Assembly (NCBI GenBank): GCA_001724265.1
Contig: MEDY01000029.1
Span: forward strand, 62,001 to 122,548
Length of the DNA: 60,548 nucleotides
Direction: 5' to 3'
Source: Rhizaria sp. SCN 62-66
Taxonomy: Eukaryota
The translations under genes and the position numbers were made by a program. The notes beneath the pieces were generated by a model. The model was not told the origin of the DNA. It saw only the letters and a program-made list of their open reading frames with translations, and searched no databases. Positions 24,501-36,584 of this stretch are shown in pieces; the stretch's first letter is position 1, and each line of letters starts with the position of its first letter.

Positions 24501-26439
24501 CGGCAGCGGCCGCAGCCACAGCAGCCGCAGCAGCTGCAGCAGCGGCGTTGTGGTCAGCGCTGATATAGGTCGGCTGCGCGCTGCTGCGAGCGGCAGCAGC
24601 GGCGGCCTTGGCGGCGCCGCTGGCGGCGGCCGCTACTGCGGGCCGCGAGAGCAGCTCGCGCGCCAGCAGCGCCAGCCAGCGCGCCAGCAGCAACGCGCGC
24701 AGCACACGCGCGCGCGCCGCCACGGCCAGCGCCGCGGCGCGCGCGATCGCGAGCGCGTCCAGCGGGAACACTGAGTGGCCGCCAGAGCCGGTGCCGTCAC
24801 TGCCGCTGCCTGCGCTGTGTGCACCGCTGTTCGCGCTGGCGCTGGCGCTGGCGCTGTGGAGGTTCGATGAGAGGCAGAGCGCACAGGCCGCGGCCTCGCA
24901 CGGCACACACCACGCCTGCAGGAGCCGGCCCGGGTGCAGTGCGCAGTACACCACGTCGGCGCCCGCACCGCCAAGCGCGCCGCCGCCGCTGGTGCTGCTG
25001 TTGTTGTTGTTGTTGCTGTTGTCGGTGGGCGTGAGGGAGAGAGACAGCGCCAGCGCCGAGGGCGGCGGCGCGGCTGCGGTCGCGGCCACGGCGGCGGCGG
25101 CCAGCGCGGCGGCCGCGGGCGGCGGCGGGGCCGCGGTGGCCGCGGAGGCGTTGGACACCGTCGCAGTCGCCGCGAGATCGCCGACGAGAGAGGACACCAG
25201 AGAGCTCTTCGCTGCGTGGCAACCGAGACCTTGACTCGCGTTGTGGCCGCAGTTTGCGCTCGCGCCGGAGGCAAACGCAGCGCGGACCGCAGTCGTCGTC
25301 GCAGCAGCGTCCGCGGCCGCCGTCTGCGACAGCATAGCCGCGACCAGCAGCGGCGCAGGCTCACTCTGCTCGCCGTCGCCGTCGCCGTCGCCGCAGCCGC
25401 CGCAGCCGCCCCGGCAGCGGCCGTGGCCGTGGCCGTGCCCGCCCGCGGCCGAAAACGCGGCGGGCGCAAGCGCCGAGAGCGGCAGCAGCGCAGGGGCGAC
25501 GCGCTCGCGGCCGTGCGCGCTGGCGACAGCGTTGGCGTACAGCGCGGTCGCCGCCGCCTGCGCCGCTGCTGCCGCGGTCGCGGGGTCCGGGTACTGCTGC
25601 TGCTGCTGCTGCAGCTGCTGTTGCTGGAGGGCGGAAAACTGCGGCAGCGGGTGCACGGCGTCGTCGCAGACGGAGCAGAGGCGCAGCAGGCAGCGCGCGC
25701 AGAACCACGCGGCGGGGCGCGCGGCGCAGCGGCCGCAGAAGAGCGACGCGTCCGCGCCCGCAGGCAGGGGCGCGAACGGTGCGGCGGCGGGGTCGGCTGA
25801 GGGCGCGGGTGGGGGCGGCGGCGGGGCAAACGCCGCGGGGGCCGGGGCGGGGCGCGGGAGGGATGAGGCGTCGCTGCTGCTGTCGCTGTCGCTGTCGCTG
25901 TCTGATGAGGAGGAGGAGGACGCTGGCGAGAGGGAGGAGCCCGTCAAAGAGTAAGACAGGGACGAGAACGAAGATGATAGCGAGCCGTTCGTGTGTGGGG
26001 AGCGGGAAAACGCGCTGCGGCGACTCGCGGGCGTCACTACGGCGGCGACGGAGGCGGCCTTGCTGCTGCCCGCTGGGAGGACGGAGCTGCTGACAACTGG
26101 GGTCGCAGCATTCGCTGGGTCAATCGCGCCCGTACCGACGACAACAGGGGGCGCAGCGGCAACAGTCGGAGTAGCGAGGGAGTCGCGAGACATGTCAACT
26201 ACGGCAGGACCGGTCAGCGTTGAAGACATCGCCGAGGCAGGGACCGTTGCGGCAGAGGCAGGTGCAGAAGCAGAAGCAGCGGAGGCGGGGACAGCAAGCG
26301 ACGACGATGCGTGACCGAGAGCAGCACCGGTAGACAACACAAGAGGGGGGACCGCTGGATTAGCGGGGTTCACAGCGGCTGGTGCCGTCCCAGTCGGAGC
26401 AGGTGCGGTCTGGGCAGCCGGCGGCGACAATAAAGGCAT
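21505..26439 (-). CDS. Large low-complexity protein with two B-box-type zinc fingers
   Basis: CGRCAARPAAWFCARCLLRLCSVCDDAVH and CALHPGRLLQAWCVPCEAAACALC..H. Single ORF with likely ATG at 26439 (MPLLSPP). Stop TAA. Confidence 0.75.
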   Translation of the reverse strand: MPLLSPPAAQTAPAPTGTAPAAVNPANPAVPPLVLSTGAALGHASSSLAVPASAASASAPASAATVPASAMSSTLTGPAVVDMSRDSLATPTVAAAPPVVVGTGAIDPANAATPVVSSSVLPAGSSKAASVAAVVTPASRRSAFSRSPHTNGSLSSSFSSLSYSLTGSSLSPASSSSSSDSDSDSDSSSDASSLPRPAPAPAAFAPPPPPPAPSADPAAAPFAPLPAGADASLFCGRCAARPAAWFCARCLLRLCSVCDDAVHPLPQFSALQQQQLQQQQQQYPDPATAAAAAQAAATALYANAVASAHGRERVAPALLPLSALAPAAFSAAGGHGHGHGRCRGGCGGCGDGDGDGEQSEPAPLLVAAMLSQTAAADAAATTTAVRAAFASGASANCGHNASQGLGCHAAKSSLVSSLVGDLAATATVSNASAATAAPPPPAAAALAAAAVAATAAAPPPSALALSLSLTPTDNSNNNNNSSTSGGGALGGAGADVVYCALHPGRLLQAWCVPCEAAACALCLSSNLHSASASASANSGAHSAGSGSDGTGSGGHSVFPLDALAIARAAALAVAARARVLRALLLARWLALLARELLSRPAVAAAASGAAKAAAAAARSSAQPTYISADHNAAAAAAAAAVAAAAAETAAAADAAASAATGVASGVRAFAAAAANAVAAAASAEAAVATAVSEAAAAWGAPLLFAASFGKGAGADAQTAGASGVVDAMAALSEETGRVAGAVAHGLAEAEAEAEAEAAAFSNTAVVSDRGSVRLLIQPSNSSGNAHSSANSLAGGTYAVNSSPHHLSHRHDSNASLSHGDATGPRWVAGAIPGPDFSALCTAAAAASTAHGAAAVYADVCCPSALRHARALLAAANAAAAGAAPVAAARAGLAALRLPISPHYSGLAPLAAAAHGGGSASGGAGSALKPVCVSSKAVAAVAAAAARAARARGHRSALRCLSSYASVSAHLTAHCDAALLVCARAAAALLAAAAAGPGEAVSGAVRATVAAAAAAGRLTRARSTAASAAAAAGAAAAANAAAASSDAATAAARARQDESTEASAAALVRELMSLVSTTNNGNYRSISHHNAMSFGTVHDNSPAEAAYVIDCGCCEGECFCESSRSRRHSRRDSRSHGYRSASQHHGDGRHRRVHSRSHDIAASPINGSHAHSVSAHDAAHGHAAQSAAHAPQCGCHACAAASATADAEARAVRAALTHLRNIEKQSKQHVAGTSNASNVHTHAPAHANAGSAASGHPSGTVSVDDKSVTDAGIPTALLRVLCVGPECKQQHQHLHMQLQQQHQQHQRNQQQSQQQPQNAIPSTGAFAAAPKAAHSHSGASVSTCAHVVDASTSSGAHTGGAYTGPWPPRAGPVAAVPSAAALAAAPGAVASAPNKVSQSNAQSHSHSHAPAQSRRLGHSHGQSQALSHIKPHAPVSASVSAAAPGYVAHNAFTPASAAALRPTVCAQINGAGAKYPGSTSHESSSNSSAQGRGGAMSAHYAGTTAQWRAGEWAQAAAVTAAREGATAPMSRSGPIYPAHRSASADTTTGASASTAQSSAINGAASAQSNDAFWLRTALQRAAPVVFAAPSSRPNSSSISSGANVSGHSSATTTAAPLYSRGSHYGNTSSIKNNCLIFSNPTDTLF

Positions 26440-26813
26440 GGTGTAGGGCGAAACTAGACGACAAGATCTAGCCTCCCTTTTGCCTACGTCTGTCAGTGAA
26501 GAGAAAGTGTTACAGAAATAAAAATCAAATATAATTCCAAAATGTAATGTTTGTCTTCGGTGCACATTGTAACATTTTTAAACCACGGATACACACATCA
26601 TGGTTCAAGTGTTTTTAAAGTTATCGAGTCTTGACCTTTTGCTGAAACAGTTTTCTATTTCTTCTCCTTGTGAGGTCCAAGTAGCCGTCATTATGTTGAG
26701 TATATCTCAACACGACGATCGTCAATAAGAATTAAAGTGTGTCTTGAGGGTTTTTTAGTATTGATTTATGTCATGTGTTTCTATTTTCTCTTCTGTCGTT
26801 GTTATATAGACAC

Positions 26814-28998
26814 ATGTACCCATCTGCGGCTCAGCCTCCGGCGCGCAGGGTGTTCCCCATGGTCACCACTTCCTCTTCCTCCAAGCCCGGCGCCGAGGGC
26901 CCCAGCTCTCTGGACTCGTCCCGCGAGACTGTGTCTCGCATGGATTACTTGCTCACGGCGGCGTACACGCTGCTCACGCGGTCCCCGCAGCTGTCGCGGC
27001 ACCTGGTGGCGCACCTGCGCGACCTCGCCGCGCGCGACTGCGTCCCGCTCGGCGAGAGCGCCGCCACCGCCTTCTGCCGCTGCTGCGGCACGCTCTTTGT
27101 GCCGGGCGTCACGCTCTGCGTGCGCTCGCAGTCGCTACGCAAGACGCAGCCGCCGCGCGCGCCAAAGCCCAAGGACGCGGGCGCCGCGACTGCGCCTGCG
27201 CCTGGCGGCAGCGGTGCAACTCCTTCTGCTACGAATGTAGCAGCGACGACTGCTGCGAATCCTGCGGCTGCCGCTACTGTTGCTGCCGCTGTCCCTATTG
27301 ATAAGCCCGCTGCTGCTGTTACTGCGCCGACGAGCTCTGGCTTAAGCACGAGCAGCATCTTCGGCAACAGCAACGCAACATCAAAGCAAGGCGCCAAGAG
27401 CAGTAGCGGCCTCAGTAGCGGCCTCGGTGCCTCTATCTTCGGCTCTCCGAAGCCCGCCGCGGCCCTGGCGCCGTCTCTCGCGCCGCTGGCCAGCTTTAAG
27501 GCCAGTGCCAAGGCTGAGCGCAAGCAAACTGCGGCCGCGGCGGCGGGCGGCTCTGGTTTCGGCCTGGGGCTGGGACTGGGAGCGGGCTCGGGGTTCAATC
27601 TGGGCGGCTTCGGCGGGCCGTCGATCTTTGACGCAAACAATAACAGCAACAATGCTAAGCAAAAGCAGCAACAACAACAAAAGCAGAACAGCAACAGCAA
27701 CACCAGCGTGAGCACCAGCGCCGGTGAGGCCAAGACGCCGTCTGACTCGGCAGCAGCCAGCTCGAGCGCTCCGCCCGCGGCCGCAGCTGGCGACGCCGCA
27801 GGCGCAAGCTCTAACGCCAACGCTAGCGCAACGGCGGCCGCAGCTGAGACTGCGACTGCTAGTGCGACTGCAACTGTTAGTGCGAGCGACGCGGCGGTGC
27901 AGCGCGCGCGCCGGCAGGCGTCCCGCCGACGCGACGCCGCGCGCCGCCGCGCCGCCTTCGTGTGGTCTGGGCTCTTCCTGCACTGCCGCGTCTGCGCGCA
28001 CGCCACGCCCGCGCACGCGCACGCGCAGCTCCTCGCCGTTACCGCCGCCGCCGCCGCCGCAACGGCAGCTGCCGCACAGCCGTCAGCCGCAGCCTCCACT
28101 ACAGCAACGACCACGACCGCGCCGGCTACTAATGCGGGGAAGGGCGCGGGGCTGACGATGGCGGAGCGCGCGGCGAGCGCGGCGGCGGCGGCCAAGGCGC
28201 AGGCGGCGCTGGCCTCGCCGGCCGCGCAGCTGTCGCTCGCGGCGGCCGCGTCCAAGTGGCACTCGCTCCGGCTCGGCGCGCCGAGGTATGTCGATCTGCA
28301 ACAGTGTTATCAGCGATAACCTGTGCGATGTGTAATTGAATCGATATTTGCTTTACATTCTTGATGTCGCAATTTCATGCGGAATCATATTTTCGATTTG
28401 TGGCCATCTTATACTCATATCTATCATTCTGTTTCTGTTTTCGCGCTTGCTCGCTGCTCAGGGCCGTGTTCGACGGACACGAGGACAAGTTCCGCGCCAG
28501 TGCCGGCGCGATCGCAGTGCGCACGGGCGTTGCCACCAAGACAGCGACGGGGCAAATCAAGCGCCCCGCCTCGGAATCAGACTCCTCCGCGAGCTCTAAT
28601 GCCAGTGCCAGTGCCAGTCCGACTGGCAGTGGCGCTGGCGCTGGCGCTGCCGGGGCTTTGGGCAGCAACCTCAAGGTGGGCCCCCGCCCCTCGCACCGCC
28701 GCATTGCCCGCACTCGCGTTTACAGCGCGAGCGCAGGCTTCAGTGAGGGCGACGCGGTGCTGCTCGCGGACGCTGCGAAGCTCGTGCTGGCCAGGATTGC
28801 GGCGGCTAAGAGTGACAGCGCCGACGCCAAGGCGACTGCGAGGGCCGAGAGCGCGGCCGCTGCGCGCGCGGCGCGGGCGCAAGCGGCCGTCGGCGTGGAG
28901 GCTGATGCTGTGGAGGCCGGGCCTCAAACGCAGTATAGCGACGATGGTTATAACAACAATGTGAGCAATGCTGCTCCGTACTCTCATGGGCACGCATG

Positions 28999-29030
<32 letters not shown>

Positions 29031-29209
29031 TTGGTCAAGCTGGCGGGAGTCACAACAAGAACAACAACAACGTTGCTGCTCCCAACGCCTCTGCTGCAGA
29101 CTCCGCGGCCGCCGCGGCCCCCGCGAAGAAGCCCGCTCCGGCAAAGTACAACAAGGAGGACGCCAAGAGGCAGGCGCTGCTCAAGATGCGTGCGATGACT
29201 CAATGGTGA
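26814..29209 (+). CDS. RNase P/MRP Rpr2/RPP21/Snm1-domain protein, greatly extended
   Basis: RMDYLLTAA...LSRHLV...FCRCCGTLFVPG then LHCRVCAH. Exons 26814 (or 26859)-28285 and 28462-29209 (phase 2, GTATGT...CAG). Stop TGA. Confidence 0.75.
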
Positions 29210-29476
29210 ATGCCTATGAACCACGTTATAATGTTATTTATCCGCCAAAACACGATAGATCTTATCGACTGCAGTTGCAACACAATTTGTACTGTTTACA
29301 TTAGTCCATGAATTGCTGAATTGACATAATACAGAATTGTATTTTCGATCACTCAATTGTACCAAGATCATATCTCATACGAAAATACATTTGGGACCGT
29401 GAATCTACATCCCATTCTTAAAAGCCACAGTCGCAATGTAAGTTGCAGTTAAGTGTCACGATATTTACTGCTTACT

Positions 29477-32400
29477 TTAATTCCCCATCTCGCCGCGCTC
29501 GCTGCGCCAGGCCTCGCTGCCGGACATGCGGCCGACACTCTCGTTGCCCGCCGGCTCCGCGCCAGCGTCCGCGCCGCCGCCGCCACAGGCGATCGTAGTC
29601 GCACCGCCGCTGCCAATGATGTTGGCAACGAACGCCGTGACAGCGCTCTGCGCGGCGTGCGCAGCGGCGACCGCGGCGGTGGCGTCGCTCCAGTCGTTCA
29701 CAGTGACGCCGCTGCTGTCCGTGCGCGCGTGGTCGCTCGTCGCGCACCGGCGGTTGCAGCCGTAGCAGCGCGCAGCCAGCGCGGCGCGGCGCGCCTCGGT
29801 GACCGCTGCGAGCACCGGCGTGATGGCGGCGGCAGAGGCCGTCGAGAGCAGAGCCGCGACCGCGGACAGCACGGCGCACGCGTCGTCGTAAGAAAGGCTT
29901 GTCGCATTAGCGTTGCGGCTGTAGTTGTTGCTAAGAGTGAGCTTCTCGCACTGAGAGGGCAGCGAGAGCAAAATAGGGGTGACGACGCGCCCTGCCAGTG
30001 TCGCTCGCACGCGCTCCGCCGCGCTGTCGCCCGCGAGCGCACTGTGGCCCACGAGCGCGCACTCTGCGGCCAGCGCGCCGTGCAGCGCGCGGGCCGCGGG
30101 CCACAGCAGCCGCCAGTCGCCGTGGTGCAGCGCCAGCGGCTCGCGCGCGGCAGCCGCGGAGGCCAGGTCAGCCCGCGCGCGCGCCGCCGAGGCCGCGCGG
30201 TCAAGCCGCTCGCTGCCGCGCCACAGCGCGTCCTCGGCGAGCGCAAAGTGGTCCGCCGCAAGCGCCAGCCGCCCCTGGAGCGCCGCGGCCGAGGGCTGGC
30301 GCAGCGCCGCGGCCGCGAGCGCCAGGGCGGCGCGCTCGCGGGCGGTCACGCGGGGCAGCAACGGCAGCGCGGCCAGCTGCGGCGCGGTCAGCAGCGCGAA
30401 GTCGCCGCCGCCACTACCGCCGCCGCTGTTCTTGCCCTCGCCCTCGGTCCGCGCAGAGACTTGCTCCACAAAGTCCCGGGTCACAGCGAGCATGTTGACG
30501 GCCAGTACCGGCAGCGCGCGCGGGGCGTGCGTGAGTGCGAGCGCGGAGCCGGCCGCGGGCCTGGACTGGGACGACGGCGGGTCGGCGTCGTCGGCGCAAT
30601 GGTGCACTGCGACGGAAGTCGTCATGCGAGCATGGCTGTGGGTATCACTCGTCTTCGCCTCCTCCTCCTCTCCGGCGCCGTTGACGCCGCCCCTGCCGCT
30701 GGCGCCGCCGCCCCACCCCCACAGCAGCGGCTCCTCGGCCACTGGGTCCGTGCCGGGCAGCCCCAGCAGAGGGCCCTGCGGCGCACCCGCCGCAAGTGCC
30801 CAGTCGGCCGCCAGCGGCGCGCGCGCGTCGAGCCGGGCTGCGACCAGCGCCGTCGGGCTCGCGAACGGGTCACGCGCACTCGCGCTCGCACTGCCGTCGG
30901 CACTGGCGCTGGCGCCGGACTGAGCCGCCGCGGCGTCGTTGGTGGCAAGCTCGTCGGCCGCGCGCAGGAGCAGCAGCGAGAGGGCCTCAGCCGCGACGGC
31001 GTCGTCGCTCCGCAGCGTCGCGATGATCGAGGCGAACGTCGCCGTCGCGCCGTCACCGCCGCTGTCGCTGCTGTAGGAGAAGTCGGAAGCAAGGAAGCTG
31101 TGTGCGTACAGCAGAAGGCCTGCCTTAGCCGCCGCGGGCGTGAGCCCGGCGCCCCAGTCATAGCTGCCGTGGCGCCAGAGCGACGCCGCGTTGCTGTACC
31201 GAGTGCAGCCGTAGCGCGCACCGCCGCCGCCGCCGCCGGAGCGCGCCGGGCTCACGGTGAGGGCGCGAGTGCTAAGCATCGCGGTGCGCTCCGAAATGCG
31301 GCGGCCCCAGGCCTTGAGGGCCAGCTCGCGGTCAACGGCGGCCACCAGCGCGGCGTGCCAGGGCTCGTTGACGCCTTGCGTCACTGCGGGAAACAAAGTG
31401 ATGACGATCAGAGAAAACATGTGGAGACATACACGTGAGATTCTTCATGTGAAAATACAATGAATGGATTAAAATACAATACTCAGCTAGTTTAACAACA
31501 ACAAAAAAAACGATTGAAAAAGATAGTCATCTCAATTGACATTGTTATCGCGGTCCGCCGTACCAGTGAGCCTGCGCTGCATGACCGCGGGCAGCTGTCG
31601 GGTGTGTTTGGCGATTACGTCAACGACGCCTGCGGCGGACACGGCGTACACGTGCTCAAGATTGCGCCCCCAGCCGCGCTCGTACAGCAGCGGTGCGTCG
31701 AGCGAGTCCTCGCACGAGTCGGCGTGCAGCCAACGCAGGCGCTGCCGCGACCACACCTCGGTCCACACGTGGTCGGTCGTCGCAACCACGAAGCGCGCCG
31801 CCAGCCCGGCCGCGCGCGCGGCCAGCAGGAAGCCCTGCGCCCACTCGCCGCAGCGGCCGCGGCGCGAGTTGACAAGCAGGTGCGCGGGGTCGTTGAAGCG
31901 CGGGAAACGTGTCACTACGCCTATGCGAGAACAAGGAATATAACGAGAATTAGGATGATAAACGTGGGTAAATATGTCGATCGTGAGTAAATATTCCAAT
32001 GTTGGGTACTGCGACTTGTTAAAAACTGCATTCATTGGTAAAACAATGTTTTACTCAAAATGCACGCTTCGTCAGCGTTGTATCATTTGGTTCATGTCAG
32101 CTCAACTTGTTCGATGCTTGTCGACGGCACGTACCTGGGCAGCGCGGGCAGGCGTAAAGCTCAGTCCGCGAGGCGCCCTTGGTCTGTTCCCACGCGTTGG
32201 GCTGCTCGACCCCCTGGGAAACCGTGTCCTTGCCGCCGCAGTTGACGCAGGGGAGTGCGTTGACCCACGTGAAGTGCTCGTTCTTGAACCACCGCAGAAG
32301 CGCGCGTGTGAGCTCCAGCTCGAACGCGCCCGCCGCGGAGGCCGGCAGCGACGCGGGCAGCCACCCGCGCGCGAACCGGGCCTCGGGCGCCGCCTCGGGC

Positions 32401-35348
32401 TCGGAGGGAGCGGCGAGACTCTGATTGGCTTCAGTAGTGTTCACGGTGCTCTCGCTGTTGTTGGCAGCGAGACTTGCGTGGACGGCGGCCTCGGCCTCGG
32501 CCCGCAAACGCTGCAGCGGCATCGCGGCGCGCGCGCGCACGTGCGCAGCCGCCTCCTTGCCACCGCCGCGTGCTGAGGCAGCGGAGGCAGCGGCGGCGAG
32601 CTGCGCGCAGTCGGCGCAGGGGCAGGCGCCGCAGTCGTCGTAGTCGCCGGCGCGCGCGTCGCCCGAGTAGGACTGCAGCAGCGACAGCGTCTTCTCGCAC
32701 TGGGCCGGGCGCGGAGGCACCTCAAGCCACCGCAGGCGCTGCGCGGGGCCGCCGGGGCCTAAGAGAGAGAAATCAGAACAGAAGGATTATGTCGTGAATA
32801 CATGATGGTATGTGCTCCAAGTATAGATTATGCATTTAAACAGAATTTAAAACAGATAAACTAATATAATAACTCGGGGCTCAGTCATATATTCATATAT
32901 ATCTATATAAAATATTCCAACTGCGTTCGTACCCTGCGTCGAGTACGCGTGCTGGGGCTGCGCGCGCGCGTCGTCAGGCACGCGGGCGGCCGGAAACACG
33001 ACCGCGAGCGCGACGTCCCCGCCGACGTCGCCGCCGTTGCTCCCGCCGCAATCGCTCACCGCGGTCACTGTGAGCGTGGGCTCCAACGTCGGCGAGCTGA
33101 CGACGGCGGCCACGTCGGTACGCGTGACCACGAGGCGCGTCATCAGCGCGCCCGCGCCGTCCGCACTCGCCCTGCCGCCGCAGCTGTCACCGCTGCCGTC
33201 AGCCGCGCCCGCCGCGACGAGGGCGTCGCGCACGGCCTCCAGCGTGGCCGCGGCGCCGCCGAGCGCGGCAAGCCGCGGCGCGCGCAGCTCCAGCTCCAGC
33301 CCGCACTCGAACGCCGCGGCCGCAAGCACCAGCTCCTGCGCGCCCGCGCCGCCGCCGAAGCGCACCGAGCCGTTGCGCACGGTGGCGCTAGGCGCGGCGC
33401 TTGACTGGGCGGCCAGGCTCTTCACCGCGGCGGCGTATGCGAGGTCGCCGCCGGCGCCGTCCAAGCGGCCTTGGGACACTGAGAGGTCGGAAAAGGCGAC
33501 GCGCAGCAGCCGGCGCGCGAGGACCGCGTACACGTCCTGTAGCATCACCGTGGCCGCGGCGTCGGCGTCGAGGCTGCCCGCGGCGGCGGCAGCGCCCTCA
33601 CCCGCGCTGGCGGCGGCAGCGTCCCTGAGCACGGCACCGAGGGCCGTCTCGTGGAGGTACTCGCAGCGTAGCGGGCCACCAAAGCCGGGCAGTGTCATGA
33701 CTTGCGCTCGGGCCGAGTCGCGGCCGCGCACAACAGCCTTGCCGCCCACGGTCGCCTGGCGGCCCGCGGCGGCCGGCTTGGGCTGCGGCTGCGGCTGGGG
33801 CAGGACCGACGGGCTGTTGTTGGCGAAGGGCGTGAGCGACATGAACGACGACAGCAGCGACGCCATCCCGCCGTCGCGCGCAGTCGCGCCGCCAACCGCG
33901 GGCACGGTCAGACTGGAGGAGTAAAAGGCGTTTGTGAGCGAGTCTGCGTCGAAGGTGGCCAAAGTGACTGGCGGCGCTGTGGTCACCTGCTGTCGAGTCG
34001 AAGGATTACTCGCGCGGGTGGCGAAGTGGTACGCGGGCCTGGGCGCCACCGCGCGGGCCCACTGCGAACACAGCCCTTCGCTCTCGTCGTTTTGTTGCTC
34101 ACGGTCACTGGACCCACGATCACCAGGCGGCAGGGGCGCCCCCGCGAGTGCCGCCAGCAGCGCGCGCAGGGGGGCGTTGCGGCGGCCCGGCAGCGCGCGG
34201 CGGAGGTGCTTCGACGCGGCGACCGCAGCCGCGCACAGGGCCGCGGCTGTGATGACCTCAGCGCTAGGACCCACCGCTGCAGCGGCAGTCGCAGTCGCCG
34301 TTGCAGTCGGGGTTGCATCGTTCGTTCGAGTGGTGCTTTGAGCGCCTGCGCTCGCGTCTGCGATCAGACTGGCGGACGGGATCAAACTAGCGGAGGGGAT
34401 CAGAGAGGCAGGCGGCACGGGGGTGGCCGGGCGGTACCGCTTGTACACGGAGCAGCAGCCGCCAGCCCAATCAGCATTCGCATTCGCTCTGGCATTCGGG
34501 CTGACACGGGTGTGGGCACCGTCATCGTTGTCGGACTCGTCGTCGTCGTCACCGTCATGGTCACTCTCGCGGTCAGCGTTGTTGTGGCGGTTCCGCTTAA
34601 GGTCCGCCGACGTCAGCAAAACGCCGTAGCTCCGCAGCAGCTCGACGCCCCGCGCGCCCGCCAAGTCGCTCACGGTCACGATCTCGGTCACGGTCCCAGT
34701 CGCGCCCGTCGGGCTCGTGTGGATCAAGGGGCCGTAGACGCCGTTGCGGCGCGCGCGGGCGAGCCGCTGCGTGCGCAAGGCCTCGGCCAGCAGGCACAGC
34801 TGCGCGGGCGGGGCCGTCACGGGGGGAATCAGCGGCGGCAGCACCACTACGACCGCAGAAGAGGCATTCACATCAGAGTCAGGAACCGCAACGCTGTTGT
34901 CGGTACTCTCTGCTGAAGTTGCGACAGCATCTGTCGTCGCCTTGGTGATGTTGACGATGGCCGCAGACGCGGCAGCAGTGGCCGCGGCGGCCGCGGTGGC
35001 AGAGGCGGCCGTGAGCGCCGCGTAGTCGCTCTCTAGGTCGACGAGGGCAGCGGCGCCGCACTCGCAAACCGTGGGGTAGTCGGTCGGAACGAACTCGACG
35101 GCGTCCGAGGCGCACGCGGCGGCGCCCGGCGCGCTGCGGGGCGCGTCGGCGCAGGTGAATGCGCAGCCCAGGCAGAGCAGGGCGCCCGCGTCGAGGCTAG
35201 TGGAAAAGGCGAAGGGCTCGGAGGACGGAAGCGTCGGCTGCGTCCGGAGGGTGAACATCGGCTGCAGCACCGGGGTGGCGCCAAACAGCGCGCGCGAGCA
35301 TTGCGTAAAGGGGCGCGCGGTCAGCCGCGGCGGGTGCTGAGAGGACAT
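29477..35348 (-). CDS. PNG1: Peptide:N-glycanase (PNG1/NGLY1) with long N- and C-terminal extensions
   Basis: LLRWFKNEHFTWVN, CVNC, ELYACPRC, RFPRFND, RRGRCGEWA, DHVWTEVW, WLHADSCE and LYERGWG give the Cys-His-Asp triad. Exons 35348-32933, 32758-32135, 31920-31564 and 31383-29477 join in frame (all phase 1). Stop TAA. Confidence 0.88.
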
Positions 35349-36097
35349 TGGGGTCAAAGATATCTCGTCTCGTCTCGTCTAGGCAAGGCGAATATCGAGC
35401 AGTCACGAACCTGGGTTTTCTTGAGGGCTAGAGAGATATAAAAAAAGAAACGAACACGTTGATCCGTGAAATTCGTGTCAGTATAACTTTGATTTGTATG
35501 TAATGTTTGTGTGTCTCACCAACCGATGCCTCCAAGGGCCATAAATCACACACTCGCAGCGCCACCACAAACGCTAAACCGCATATGCGATGAAACGACT
35601 TCGGAGAGTTCACGAGGCTGATAATCGAGATAAAGGTGAAAATTATGTATTCGTTGGTGCTTGTCATCTTGTGCTGTGTGTGCTTATACTTGTTTTGTCT
35701 TACTTTGTGTCAAGGTTCAAAGCTGTCTGTGCCCTGTCCATTTCTCTCGCTTAACTGCAGATACTCAAAAGATAACTAAAGGACTAGGTTAAATACCCGT
35801 GTCTGGGAACTAGCCGTGCGCAAACGGCGCAGCGGAGTCGTTGAGACGTATACTCACACCACCACAACATCGGCAAACTGTCACACACAGCAAGTGTTGC
35901 TGCTCGTGATGGTGCGGTTGGTGCCCCTGCTGGAGTGTTCGCATGGGGACAAGGACGCTACCACATCAGCGCTGCGAAGCGCGGAGTGCAGATGAGATAG
36001 CGGCGTGGTGAAAAATCAATTTAATAAACTAGAGAAAGTCATGTGCAACGTGTTGCCACAGCTGTGGTCGAAACAAGTTGCTCGCAAGTCGGCACAC

Positions 36098-36584
36098 TTA
36101 GTGAGCACCAGGCTTGGTGATACCCTGAGAAAAACGAGCGCAAAATAAGCAAGGGAAGCAATGAGCACAATTCGTATGATACAATACATCCGCGCAAGCT
36201 AGAATAATAAAACGCAGCACCTAGCCCTGAGCACGACAGCGTGACAGAGTGAGAGAGAAAGAGAGAGAGAAAGTGACGTACGAGGACGACCATGAGCTCG
36301 GCGTCGGCGCGCCAGCCGACCCAGGCGCCGGCGGCGAACATGGTGGCAGCGTAGGCGTAGAACTCCCACTGCGGCGCAATGGTCTCGTTGAGCTTGGCGG
36401 TGATCTCGGCAGGGCCCGTGAACGGGGCCGGCTTGCCCTGGCAGCCCATGAGGTTGGTCGTCTCCTGGGGGAAGATCGGGGTACGCCAGTTGCCGCCAGG
36501 CGCGGCGGGCATAATCGAGCCGTTGCGGCGGGGGATGGAGTACACGACGGACTCAACGCCACGACGAACAAGAGCCGAGAGCAT
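36098..36584 (-). CDS. Small (about 109 aa) single-TM protein with putative mitochondrial presequence
   Basis: MLSALVRR N-terminus, hydrophobic FYAYAATMFAAGAWVGW, strong C/G-ending codon bias. Exons 36584-36282 and 36124-36098 (GTACGT...CAG). Stop TAA. Confidence 0.7.

Noticed and set aside
35197-35667. ORF 35428..35667 ending in TAG that would join 35197..35406 under readthrough
   Set aside because: This TAG follows a polypyrimidine tract and looks like a 5' UTR intron acceptor. The extension is out of frame with PNG1, so it was not counted as code evidence.
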